DNA of 64,000 nt from an uncultured Planctomycetaceae bacterium (lineage in GTDB: Bacteria > Planctomycetota > Planctomycetia > Planctomycetales > Planctomycetaceae): positions 640,001-704,000 of the forward strand of contig CAWFAK010000005.1 of the NCBI GenBank assembly GCA_963813715.1, in the 5' to 3' direction. Positions within the stretch are counted from its first letter, which is position 1. Each line of letters opens with the position of its first letter. Below, piece after piece: positions 9,111-18,796 of the stretch. The notes beneath the pieces are model-generated. The model had not been told where the DNA came from. It did no database searches and saw nothing but the letters and a program-made list of their open reading frames with translations. Position numbers and translations under genes: made by a program.

Positions 9111-9350
9111 TTAGGGCGGATCGTAGCCACCCGGATGGAAGGGGTGGCAACGCATGATTCGCCAGACGCCTCGCGCACTTCCCGAGAACACGCCGTACTT
9201 CCGCACGGCTCCGATAAAGTACTCGCTGCACGACGGGTGAAAGCGACAGCGCGGGCCGAGCAGCGGACGGATCAGCAGTTGATAGACCCGAATCGCGCCG
9301 ACAATCAGCATCTCGGGGACGAGCGTCAGAAAGCGGACGGCCGAATTCAT
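9111..9350 (-). CDS. yidD: Membrane protein insertion efficiency factor
   Basis: YQ...CRFHPSCSEY...RCHPFHPGGYDPP; follows rnpA. Confidence 0.95.
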   Translation of the reverse strand: MNSAVRFLTLVPEMLIVGAIRVYQLLIRPLLGPRCRFHPSCSEYFIGAVRKYGVFSGSARGVWRIMRCHPFHPGGYDPP

Positions 9351-9724
9351 GTCGCGGGCCCGTTCTGCTGGCCGAGCTGCCGGGCCAGCCGCATCGCCAG
9401 TTTCACCAACGATCGCTGGTAGTCGGCCAGTTCAGCCGTCGCGGCGGTCGAGCGCTGCGGAATAAGAATCAAGTCCAGGTCGTTGGGCAATTCGTGCTGC
9501 GAGAGGCGAAACGCCTCCCGCAATAGACGCTTGAGGGCCGAGCGGCGGACTGATGGGCCGAGCTTGCGCGAAACGCTCACACCGAAGCGCGTGCGGTGCA
9601 GGACATTCGGGGCGGCCCAGACGAGCAAGTGTCCGTCGGCCGCGCGGATGCGGCGGTCGTAGATGCTCGCAAACTCGCGCGAGTTCTTGATCCGCCGATT
9701 TCGAGGCAGCGCGAAGGACTTCAC
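9347..9724 (-). CDS. rnpA: Ribonuclease P protein component
   Basis: RFGVSVSRKLG.SVRRSALKRLLREAFR, DLILI. Confidence 0.92.
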   Translation of the reverse strand: MKSFALPRNRRIKNSREFASIYDRRIRAADGHLLVWAAPNVLHRTRFGVSVSRKLGPSVRRSALKRLLREAFRLSQHELPNDLDLILIPQRSTAATAELADYQRSLVKLAMRLARQLGQQNGPAT

Positions 9725-9739
9725 AGGGTCGTCCGGAAG

Positions 9740-10181
9740 TTAGATGGGCGTGTGGCTTGAAGCGTCCGAGCCGGGCTCTCCGTTATCGGCGCCGCTTTCG
9801 GTCGAAGCCGATGCAGCGGGGGCCGCAGGCTTCGGCCTTAAATACCAAAGGGGATCGGGAGCGGTCGGCGGCCGCGGCTTGCCTCGGGCCAGGTTGCGGA
9901 CCGAGCGTCCCCAGCTCACGATCATCGCCAGCAGTGACAGTCCGATCACCAGCACGCCGACCCAGAGCGACAGCGCCAGCAGGAATTCGTTGTTTTTGAG
10001 GTGTCGCCGGGCGGCGGGATCGGGGGCCGGCACTGCGGGCTTCTGTGCCTGGTCCGGAGCGACGGCGGGCTTGGGTTCTTCAGCTGCCACTCGGGGCGGC
10101 GCCGAATGGGCCAAGAATCCCACTGAATGCCACTAGAAAGGGCACGGCGACGTGCATGAGCCAGACAGTGCGACGTCGCAT
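9740..10181 (-). CDS. Hypothetical membrane protein (probable frameshift near 10100)
   Basis: One long TM helix. Signal-like N-terminus in a different frame. Co-directional with rnpA. Confidence 0.55.
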
Positions 10182-10400
10182 GAGCAGTCCGCGACTGGAT
10201 GTGAGAACCCGTTCCGCGACAGAATGACATCAACGAAACAATCCTAGGCAGGTCCCCGACCGTCGACAATGCCGGCGTTCTGGGCCGTCCGCGGGTCAGC
10301 TTTCGTAATGGTTTTCGCCCCCCGATTGGTAACTCTCGTTGCCAAAATCCCGTATTTTTCGTAGATGACCGCCCGGGCATTGAATGCAGGAGGGCGGTCG

Positions 10401-13400
10401 ATGAACGGATCTCGCATTCCCCGGTCGGTCGTGGCGTTGGTTGGGGCGATGGTCGGTTGGGCGTGGCTTTACTCGCGCCTGAGCGATCCGCCACACGTCG
10501 ACCGGCCTCGGGCGGCCCTCGTCGCGACGATTCCCGCGCAGCCGACGGCTCCGGCTACGCACACCATCTGCGGTCGCGCGCTCGACGCCCATGGAGCGCC
10601 GACGGCGGGCGCGACCATTTGGCTCACACGGCACGAGAAGTCGGACTTCGACCTCGCGGGCTCCACAATCTTCGCGCAGACGCAGGCAGGGGCCGACGGA
10701 CGGTTCACCTTGGCTCCGCTACCGTCTGCGCTCGAGCAAAGCTCCGAGGATCCTGCGGAGTTCGAGGTCTGGATCTGGAAGCCGGGCTTGGCAGTTGCGC
10801 GCACGAGCTTTTTCGGCACTGCACCCGCCGAGCCGTTGACCGTCTCGCTGCTCGACGAAAGCCCGCTGACCATTCACTTGCGGCGGCCCGACGGATCTCC
10901 CTGCAGCGACGCGACAGGGACCCCCATGCTCGTCTGGTCCGCGGCCGATCACAAGCTCAAGCTGCCCCTGCCGATCTGCGAGCGACTTAAGGCGAGCAGC
11001 GCGGGAGACGGCCGTCTCCAAGTTTCCGGGTGGCACCGTGGCCGCGTCGCGGTTGCCCTTGAGACAAAAGAATTCGGCGTGCAGACCGCTGAATTTGATA
11101 TCAGGCCACACGACGACACGCCGATCGTCGTGACGCTCCGGTCGACGCAGCCGTTCGAAGGTCGTGTCGTGCCGCCCGAGGGCGCGAAGGCTGACCTGTC
11201 GACCTTGCAGGTCGTCCTGCGGCAGTCGTCCCTCTCTCCCGCGCAAGCAGCGGGCAAAAACGCTTCGCAGGATCAACCGGCGTCGTGGGTGGTCTGGCTC
11301 GATGAATATGTGGTGCGGCCCGATCGAGACGGACGTTTTAGGATCCCGCACTTCCCGAGAGCGACGCGTGGTTCCCTCCGTCTTCACATCCAGGGCCTGC
11401 ACGCTCTGGGCTTCGCCGACGATCGCGATTCGTCCTGCGAAGTGAGCGACCTGCCGGCGGGCAAGACCTTGCAGATCGACCTGCCCGCGCGCAAAGGTGT
11501 CTGGACGACCTGGGTCGCCCGCGACGCTTACACGAAGCGGCCGCTGACGGGCGTGCGGGTCAGCCTTTTGGCGTCGAACGAATTCCGCTGCAGCGGCCGG
11601 ACCGACGCGAACGGCTGCCTGCGGGTGTGCCTGGCTGCGGGCGAGACGTACGCCATCGAGTGCGAGCTGCCCGATGGCTATCTGCGGACGCTGTTTGGCC
11701 CCGAGGCTTATGTCGAGATTCCCGGCGGAGTCACGCATTGCGAGCCGCCGCCGATCGAGCTGGTCCGCGGCTGCCCGATCGTAGGTCGAGCCGTTGACGC
11801 GGCGGGGCGTCCACTGGCCGATATTCGCATTCGAGCCGACTGGCGGACTCGCGAAACGAAGGCGGGGAAGAAGCCGGCCGACGTCAGCCAATGGGTCAGC
11901 ACCGATGAAGACGGACGTTTCCGCTTCGAGCAGGTGGAAGCTGGCGCGGATGTCCGACTGACAGCAAGCTGTGCGGGAGCCTTGCTCACGCAGCCTGTCA
12001 CGATCGTCGCCGGCGATGAGAAAGCGATCCTCTTACAAGAACCACGGCGCGAACTCGTCGCGCTCAGCGGCCGTTTCTTAGGGAGCGATGGGAAACCGCT
12101 GGTCGGCGCTCAGGTCGTCGTCGAGGTGGCCGATTCGCCCGATGCGCTCGGACAATTCCGCACGACGGTCGAGACCGACGGGTCGATTCGTACGCCGCCG
12201 CAATTTCCGCGGCAGCTCAAGTATCGGCTGACGGTTCGTTCCTTGCTCACCAACGTCGCCTCGTCGGTCTGGTTGTGCCCGGCCAGCTCCGGGAACCGCT
12301 TCCCTGATCTCGCGGTTGATGCGTCGAAGATTTCGGCAGCGTCCAAGCTCTTGGGTCCGGAAGTCGTCGCGCGAGTCAATGGCCAGCCGATCTTCGCCTC
12401 GGAACTGTTGGAGCGAGCGGCCGTCGAATCGCTCAACGCCGATGGGCTTAACCTGCTGTCCGCCGGCAAAAGCCTGGCAAACGGCGGCATTAAAGAAGAA
12501 GAATTTCGAGTCCTGCAAGAGACGGCGATCAAAAAGTTCCTTTCCGGTTTCGTGCGGACGCGATTGCAATCGCAGGGCTACCGCAGCCTGCTGGACGCCG
12601 AGCAAATGCGGAAGTCGGAACAGGCCATCGACCGGGAATTCGACAAATATGTGGAGAGGCTCGAGCGGGACTTTGAGGTCAAGTCGCCTCAAGGGGTGGA
12701 TGAAAAGCTTCGGCAACCAGGGTACGTCGCTGGCGAGCCTCAAGGCCGAATTCCGTTACCGTTGTGTGCCGACGAATACTTGCGGGGGATCGCCCAACAC
12801 ATGAGTCCCGTGGACCGTCCGCAAATGCTCGCCTACTACCAGGCGCATCACGATCGTACGCCATTCCCGAAAAGGTCACTTGGCAGTTATTGGAAATCAA
12901 TTTCGACCACCAGCGATTTACGACTTCCAAAACGACAAGTCAAAACGCGATCCAGCGATTCTTCGGATGGCCGTCTATCGAAACGAATTGGCCACGAAGC
13001 TGGGGCAAGGATTGCGGACGAAAAGGTCCGGCCAGCCTGCGTTGTCGCACGATAACTTGCCCGGTTCACTGTTCGAGGACGGCCAGTCGAAAGCCGCGGA
13101 AAACAAGCGGACGGCCACAGCAACGCAGTTCGCGGAGGCCGATTCCAGTCAGCGATTCCACGGATCCGGAAGCTCATCGAGACGGCTTCGTATGGTCCGA
13201 CGACATGAAAGAGTTCTACGGCCGAAAGAACGGCCTGAAGGTCTTGGACGACGCCTTGGCCTGCTTGCGCAAGGGCGAGTCGTTTGCCGCCGTCGCGACA
13301 AAATTCTCCGACGGCCCCCGCGCCGAACAGGGAGGATGGCAGCGACCGACGCGGCCGGAAAGCATCGTCGACGACAAAACCGCCGCGATCCTCCACCAAT

Positions 13401-13669
13401 TGGCTGAGGGCGAAACGAGCTCGGTGATCGAGACCGACCACGCCTTCCGCGTAATTCGCCTGGTCACCCGCCTGCCGGCCGGCTGGGTCCCCTTCGAGGA
13501 CGTCGAAAAAACGATCCGCCAGGATCTCGACCAGGAACGGGCCCAGCAAGCGCTCGACGTGCTGGCGTCGCGAGCGACGATTGAGTCGGCCTTTCCGCTA
13601 GAGGCCTCTTGGAAAAAAGTGCCGTCCCCTGCCAGTCCGTCCCCTGCCCCCGAGTCGGGCGTTCCGTGA
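10401..13669 (+). CDS. Large exported protein: carboxypeptidase-regulatory-like beta repeats + SurA-N + parvulin/rotamase PPIase (frameshifts about 12710-13130)
   Basis: Repeated GR..D..G.P..GA / TD.DGRF.. motifs; VVARVNGQPIFASEL; GESFAAVATKFSDGP..EQGG; IETDHAFRVIR; PFEDV. Confidence 0.7.
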
Positions 13670-13687
13670 TTGAGCCGGGAGGCCGCG

Positions 13688-14659
13688 TCACCAGAGTCCG
13701 TTGCGCGGAGATTGCGGCTCGATTCCAGCCAATTCGCTGTAGAGTTTCTGGGCGGCTTCGCTCGTTTCGTGCGGGATGACGATCTTGACCACCACGTATT
13801 GGTCGCCGCGCTCGTGCGTTTTGGGATTGAGCACGCCTTTGCCGCGGAGCCGCAGCCGCGTGCCGCTGGAGGTGCCCGGCGGCACTTTCACGTTCACGTG
13901 TCCTTCTGAGAGCGTGGGCACTTCGATCTTGGTGCCGAGCGCGGCTTCGGACGGCGTGATCGGCACGTCGACGAGCAGGTTACTCCCCTCGCGGTGGAAG
14001 TAGGGGTGCGGCGAGACGTGGACGGTCAGCAGCAGGTCGCCCGCCGCGCCGCCGCCAGGGCCTGGCTGCCCTTGGCCGGCCAGCCGAATCGTGCCGCCGT
14101 CCTGCACGCCGGGCGGAATCTTGACGGTGATCCGTTCGGTTTGATCGCCCCGGCGAATCTGCAGGCCGTGATTGCCCCCCTCGGCGGCGACGTTGAAGGG
14201 AACGGTGACATCGAAGTTGATGTCCTCGCCCTTCCGCGGTTCGGCTGGCCCCTCCGAATGGCGGAAGGACTCTTGGCGAAATCCCCCGGGGAACGGGCCT
14301 TGTTCGAACTGGCCGCTGCCGCCGTGATGCGCGTCGCCGCCGAAGATGTGGCTGAAGAGGTCGCTCAAGTCGACCGCATGGGTGCCGTCCGGGCCGCTGG
14401 CCCAGGCCGTGCGGTAAGGTCCGCCGCCGCGGCCACCGTTGAAGGCATGGCCATAGCGGTCGTATTGAAGCCGTTTCTCCGCGTCGCCCAGGATGGAGTA
14501 GGCCTGCTGTACGCGTTTGAACTGGTCGGCCGCGTCTTTATCACCGGGACGGACGTCGGGGTGATACTTGCGCGCGAGCTTTTTGTAGGCTTTGCGGATT
14601 TCCTCGGCCGAGGCGGTGCGGGAGATGCCGAGCGTTTTGTAGTAATCGATTTCTGCCAT
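13688..14659 (-). CDS. DnaJ class B chaperone (CbpA-like, no zinc finger)
   Basis: J domain with HPD, G/F-rich region, DnaJ_C (LRLRGKG). Confidence 0.92.
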   Translation of the reverse strand: MAEIDYYKTLGISRTASAEEIRKAYKKLARKYHPDVRPGDKDAADQFKRVQQAYSILGDAEKRLQYDRYGHAFNGGRGGGPYRTAWASGPDGTHAVDLSDLFSHIFGGDAHHGGSGQFEQGPFPGGFRQESFRHSEGPAEPRKGEDINFDVTVPFNVAAEGGNHGLQIRRGDQTERITVKIPPGVQDGGTIRLAGQGQPGPGGGAAGDLLLTVHVSPHPYFHREGSNLLVDVPITPSEAALGTKIEVPTLSEGHVNVKVPPGTSSGTRLRLRGKGVLNPKTHERGDQYVVVKIVIPHETSEAAQKLYSELAGIEPQSPRNGLW

Positions 14660-14859
14660 GGATAAAACCGCGCCTGGCAGCGCGGCAGATCATTCTAGGG
14701 AGCGCCTGCGCGGGCGATTCAAGAGCCGGCGCTCGCACAAGCATCCTTTCGCTTGCTCAGCACGGCCCCTATGCTAAGGATTCGCCGTTCACGTGCCGAT
14801 GAGCGGCCGAATGCAACGCCTTGCGGACGTTGCCCGTCTCTCCCCTCGAGCCCGTTCCC

Positions 14860-16225
14860 GTGCTGAAATTCGCGATTCGCAACCTGATGACGCGGCCCAT
14901 GCGCAGCGTGTTGTCGCTGGTGGGGCTCACCGTGGCCATCATGGGGATGATCGGACTCTTTTCAGTCGCCAAGGGACTGGACGAGATGGTCGGCAAGACC
15001 TTCGGCCAGATCGAGGGGCTGGTGGCCATGCAGCCCGGGGCCCCGATCCCGATTTTTTCGCGACTGCCCGCGTCTTGGGGCCCGGAGATTGCCAAGGTCC
15101 CCGGCGTGAAACTGGTCAGCCCGGAAGTTTGGGTGCGGGCCAACGTCATCGACGGCAAGATGATCATCAGCCCGCCCCGCTTTTTGTTCGGAATTGAAAT
15201 TCCCACGCGACTGCAACTGAAAAACCGCGTCTATCGCAAGGACATGATCTCCGGCCGCTATCTCACGGAGGCGGACAAGGGAACGCTCAACACGGTCGTC
15301 AGCAAGTCGATTGCCGACGAGTTTCACAAAACGATCGGCGACACGCTGAACGTCGCCGGCAGTGATCTCAAGATTGTCGGAATTTACAATTGCGGGTCGC
15401 TGTTGTTGGATATCGCACTCATCGTCGATATCGACGAAGTCCGCAAGATCACTCGGTTCGGCAACGACTCGGTCTGCGCGTTCTACATCGAACAAACGGG
15501 CGACGTTCCCGATAGCGAGCTGGCGCCGCGGATTCAGCAAGTTTTCAAAGGGCGGGAAGTCGAAGCCTGGCAGCCCTCGACCAGCCGCGAACCGTTGGAA
15601 AGCGGCAACATGCTGTTCGACCTGTTCGTGCGACTGCTTTCGCGAGTGACGCTGCCGACCGCCGCTCTGGGGAATGCCTCGCTGGGTTCCGGCGACGGTC
15701 ACGCGGCCGGCAAGTCGGGTGACGCAGCGGCAGCCCGCACGACCGCGTCAATCAAAGGGAGTCCACCGTTGTTGCCGGTGGAAGTTCGCAGTCCCACCGA
15801 CTGGGCGAGTCGCTTCCAGGACTTCAGCGCGGACCTCGATTTGTTTCTGGCGATCATGAGCGGGATCGGCGTGACGATTGCCGTCTTGAGCATCGTCAAC
15901 ACGATGCTGATGAGCGTCACCGAACGGATCATCGAGTTCGGCATCCTCAAGGCCAACGGCTGGTCCCGCTACGACGTGTTGCGGTTGATTACCTCGGAGA
16001 GCGCGGTGCTGGGATTTCTTCGGCGGAATCTTTGGCTGCATCGTCGGTTGGTTGGCGACGCGCGGCATCAATTCGATCTGGCCCGACCGCATCTACCTCG
16101 TGGCCACGCCCGGCCTGCTGTTGTTTGGCCTGGCGTTTAGCACGGTCTTGGGCATCTTCGGCGGTCTCTATCCGGCGGTGTGGGCGATGCGAATGATGCC
16201 CATGGACGCGATTCGCCGCGGGTGA
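14860..16225 (+). CDS. ABC transporter permease, MacB/FtsX family (frameshift near 16020)
   Basis: AIRNL..RPMRS.L; NTMLMSVTERIIEFGILKANG; C-terminal YPA..AMRM.PMDAIR in a shifted frame. Confidence 0.9.
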
Positions 16226-16251
16226 GTTTTCGTTTCGGTTGCAGCGCGACG

Positions 16252-16968
16252 TCAGACTGAGACGAGTTCCTTCATTTCGCGGACGGCCCGTTCGAAGCCG
16301 ACCATCACCGCGCGGGCCACGATGCTGTGACCGATGTTGAGTTCGCTGACGCCGGGGATGCGGGCGACTGGAACCACGTTGCGGTAGGTCAGGCCGTGGC
16401 CCATGTGTAGAAGCAGTCCCCGTTCCCGGGCCCAGTGTCCAGCGTCGATGAGCTGCGTCAGTTCGGCCTCTCGATCGGCCGGATTCGTGGCGTCCGCGTA
16501 TCGGCCCGTGTGCAGTTCGACCGCGTGGGCGCCCAGTTGCTCGGCCGCGTCGATCTGGGCCCGATCGGCGTCGATAAACAGGCTCACCTCGATGCCCGCC
16601 TCCAGCAGACGGTCAATGCAGCGAGCGACGCGCTCCCGATTGCCGACGACGTCGAGGCCGCCTTCGGTCGTCACTTCCTCGCGCCGTTCGGGAACGAGAG
16701 TCGCCTGGTCCGGATGCACGTCGATCGCAATCTCGGTGATGCTCGGCTCGGCCGCCATCTCCAGGTTGAGCTTCACCTGCACCGTTTGCTTCATCACGCG
16801 CAGATCGCGGTCTTGAATGTGCCGACGATCCTCGCGGAGGTGCAGTGTGATGCTGTCCGCCCCGGCCAGCTCGGCGAGAGCGGCGGCCCACACCGGGTCG
16901 GGCTCGATCGTCCGGCGGGCCTGTCGGATCGTGGCGACGTGGTCGATATTGACGCCCAGTCGTGGCAT
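16252..16968 (-). CDS. pdxJ: Pyridoxine 5'-phosphate synthase
   Basis: [46 protein letters not shown]. Confidence 0.98.
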   Translation of the reverse strand: MPRLGVNIDHVATIRQARRTIEPDPVWAAALAELAGADSITLHLREDRRHIQDRDLRVMKQTVQVKLNLEMAAEPSITEIAIDVHPDQATLVPERREEVTTEGGLDVVGNRERVARCIDRLLEAGIEVSLFIDADRAQIDAAEQLGAHAVELHTGRYADATNPADREAELTQLIDAGHWARERGLLLHMGHGLTYRNVVPVARIPGVSELNIGHSIVARAVMVGFERAVREMKELVSV

Positions 16969-17148
16969 CGGCTCTCCTCGCTACCTCAAAACTGCTGCCT
17001 GATTCTGCACAGTTTACCCGCCTTTGTGCTTACCCGCCGTTGTGCCCACCTCGACACGCCGGGAGCGCGGCCAGGCTCACGCGACTGGATCGTCCATCGC
17101 AATTTGGCACCTCCCAGCGCATCGCTTGGATGGGCCTGTCCTGCAATG

Positions 17149-17182
17149 CATGGCCACGCAAAGCCATGGGCCATGGCACTCC
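17149..17182 (-). repeat. REP-like hairpin
   Basis: Reverse complement GGAGTGCCATGGCCCATGGCTTTGCGTGGCCA; same GGGTG(C/G)-like head as other REPs here. Confidence 0.5.
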
Positions 17183-17206
17183 ACCGGCCACTTAGGCAGT
17201 AGGCGA

Positions 17207-17290
17207 CGGGGTGACTGGGGTCCATGTGTTAGCCGCGCGCCCAGGTCCACACCGCCGGTCTCCTTGTTCAAATGAAAGTGTCCGGACCGG
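17207..17290. repeat. Partial array unit (right half of the ~205 bp unit)
   Basis: ACCGCCGGTCTCCTTGTTCAAATGAAAGTGTCCGGACCGG (17251-17290) is identical to 18055-18094. Confidence 0.9.
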
Positions 17291-17308
17291 GTAGTGGGGG
17301 CGTTTGAA

Positions 17309-17701
17309 TTACGGTTTTTCGCGATTGGCACGGGAATTTGTGGAGCGAGGGCGCATCGCCTTGTCGACGTTCCAGCCAGAGAGATGGTCTCGGAACTGGC
17401 CTGCATGCTGGTCCCAGATAAGGTCGAAGTGAAGGCGGAGCGCTTCGCCTCGCGCGTCGTCAATCCAGAATTCGACGCGGTTAGTCAGTGTTGAGCCTCC
17501 GGTTTGAGGCCATCCAATCTTCATCGCATCGCAGGACTCGCTAAAAGACATTCCCGTCTTCAGCCGTTGCTCGGCAATGCGGAGAGGGCTTTCGGCAAGT
17601 GGATTGCCACCGATGCTCGCGATGAAGAGCGCCGCGAGGACCATGATACCGAGACATTGGGGAACGGCCTTGATCCAGGCCGTCGGTACTTCGTCGCTCA
17701 T
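17309..17701 (-). CDS. Hypothetical membrane-anchored protein (130 aa), cassette ORF2
   Basis: N-terminal TM helix followed by RLKTGMSFSE, reminiscent of the SmpA/BamE-like I..GM motif (inference). Confidence 0.55.
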   Translation of the reverse strand: MSDEVPTAWIKAVPQCLGIMVLAALFIASIGGNPLAESPLRIAEQRLKTGMSFSESCDAMKIGWPQTGGSTLTNRVEFWIDDARGEALRLHFDLIWDQHAGQFRDHLSGWNVDKAMRPRSTNSRANREKP

Positions 17702-17705
17702 GCCG

Positions 17706-17849
17706 TCATTCCGCGCGACCTTCGTAGTCGAGGATCCCCCGAACCCGATAAGACCCATATTGGGCGTATGATGCGAGCAAAGCGAACGCGAAGGCGAGCA
17801 CTGTGAGCACGACAACCGCAATGAATACGTATCGCTTGCTTCGGCTCAT
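17706..17849 (-). CDS. Small membrane peptide (47 aa, MSRSKRYVFIAVVVLTVLAFAFALLASY...), cassette ORF1, leaderless
   Basis: Translated by hand, as it is below the ORF-track cutoff. TAGAAT at 17856-17861 lies 6 nt before the ATG. Basic N-terminus plus one TM helix. Confidence 0.5.
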   Translation of the reverse strand: MSRSKRYVFIAVVVLTVLAFAFALLASYAQYGSYRVRGILDYEGRAE

Positions 17850-17875
17850 GCCGTCATTCTAGCGGCGGCCACCCC

Positions 17876-18510
17876 CCGGATTCAGACTTCGCCCTAAAAG
17901 CTATCCGCTGCGCCTCTTAGCACCGGTCTAAATCCGAATTGTGAAGATCAGACCGGACCTGACTCGATTGGCAGTGACGCTATCTAAGCCAATCACGCCT
18001 GAGCCAATCAGGGGGGTGGCTGCGTCGAGGGGTCAGGCTCGCCCCCAGGTCACAACCGCCGGTCTCCTTGTTCAAATGAAAGTGTCCGGACCGGATTCAG
18101 ACTTCGTCCTAAACTGCAGCCATTGCACCTCTTAACCCCGGTCTGAATCGGAATTGTGAAGATTAGACCGGACCGGACCTGACTCGACTGGCTGCGACGA
18201 TATCCGGGCCAAGCGGGAGAGTAGCTTGGTCGAGCCGTCAGGCTCGCCCCGCGGTCCCGGACCGCCGGTCCCTGTCTGTAAATGAAAGAGTCCGGACCGG
18301 ATTCAGACTTCGCCCTAAACCGCAGCTGCTGCGACGCTTAACTCCGGTCTAAATCCGAATTGTGAAGAGGAGACCGGACTGGACCTGACTCCGATGTTGT
18401 GCTCGCAGTCGAGCCCAGCTCGGGTGGCTGGGGTCGAGCCGTCAGGCTCGCCCCCAGGTCCGCAACCGCCGGACTCGTTGTTCAAACGAAAGTGTCCGGA
18501 CCGGACCTGA
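17876..18510. repeat. Tandem array of three structured units (17876-18090, 18091-18296, 18297-18500)
   Basis: Each unit starts CCGGATTCAGACTTCGYCCTAAA, contains GTCTRAATCSGAATTGTGAAGA, GGACCTGACTC and GTCAGGCTCGCCCC, and ends AAAYGAAAGWGTCCGGA. Confidence 0.95.
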
Positions 18511-18607
18511 CGTCATCCGGCTACCGACCACGCCGTCGATGCCCATCAATGTTGCGGCCATTTCATCCCCGGCGCAAGCCGATCTCGGCCGTCACGACGG
18601 GGCCAAA

Positions 18608-18731
18608 CTCCATTCTGCCACAAATTGCCAACCAACCAAGATCGGTTTTCTACGCCGCTCAGTTTCTCGGTCGCTCGGCCGGAATGCAGACGGGAGATTT
18701 ACCGGGGGTGCCAGGGTTGAGCTTGCTCGAG
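18608..18731 (-). repeat. REP-headed leader element, copy B
   Basis: Reverse-complement homolog of 967-1107. Confidence 0.8.
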
Positions 18732-18796
18732 CGTGCTCTTAACGGGTTCAGCAACCGTCGTCATCAGGCGGAAGGAGCAAAGGGGCAGACGCACGG

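Noticed and set aside
17876..18510. CRISPR array beside DinG (type IV-like)
   Set aside because: Units are about 205 bp, the variable parts of units 1 and 2 are related to each other, there are no cas genes, and the helicase looks like an ordinary DinG/YoaA.
17207..18510. Classical integron attC array
   Set aside because: No RYYYAAC...GTTRRRY ends around the hairpins and no IntI gene in the window.
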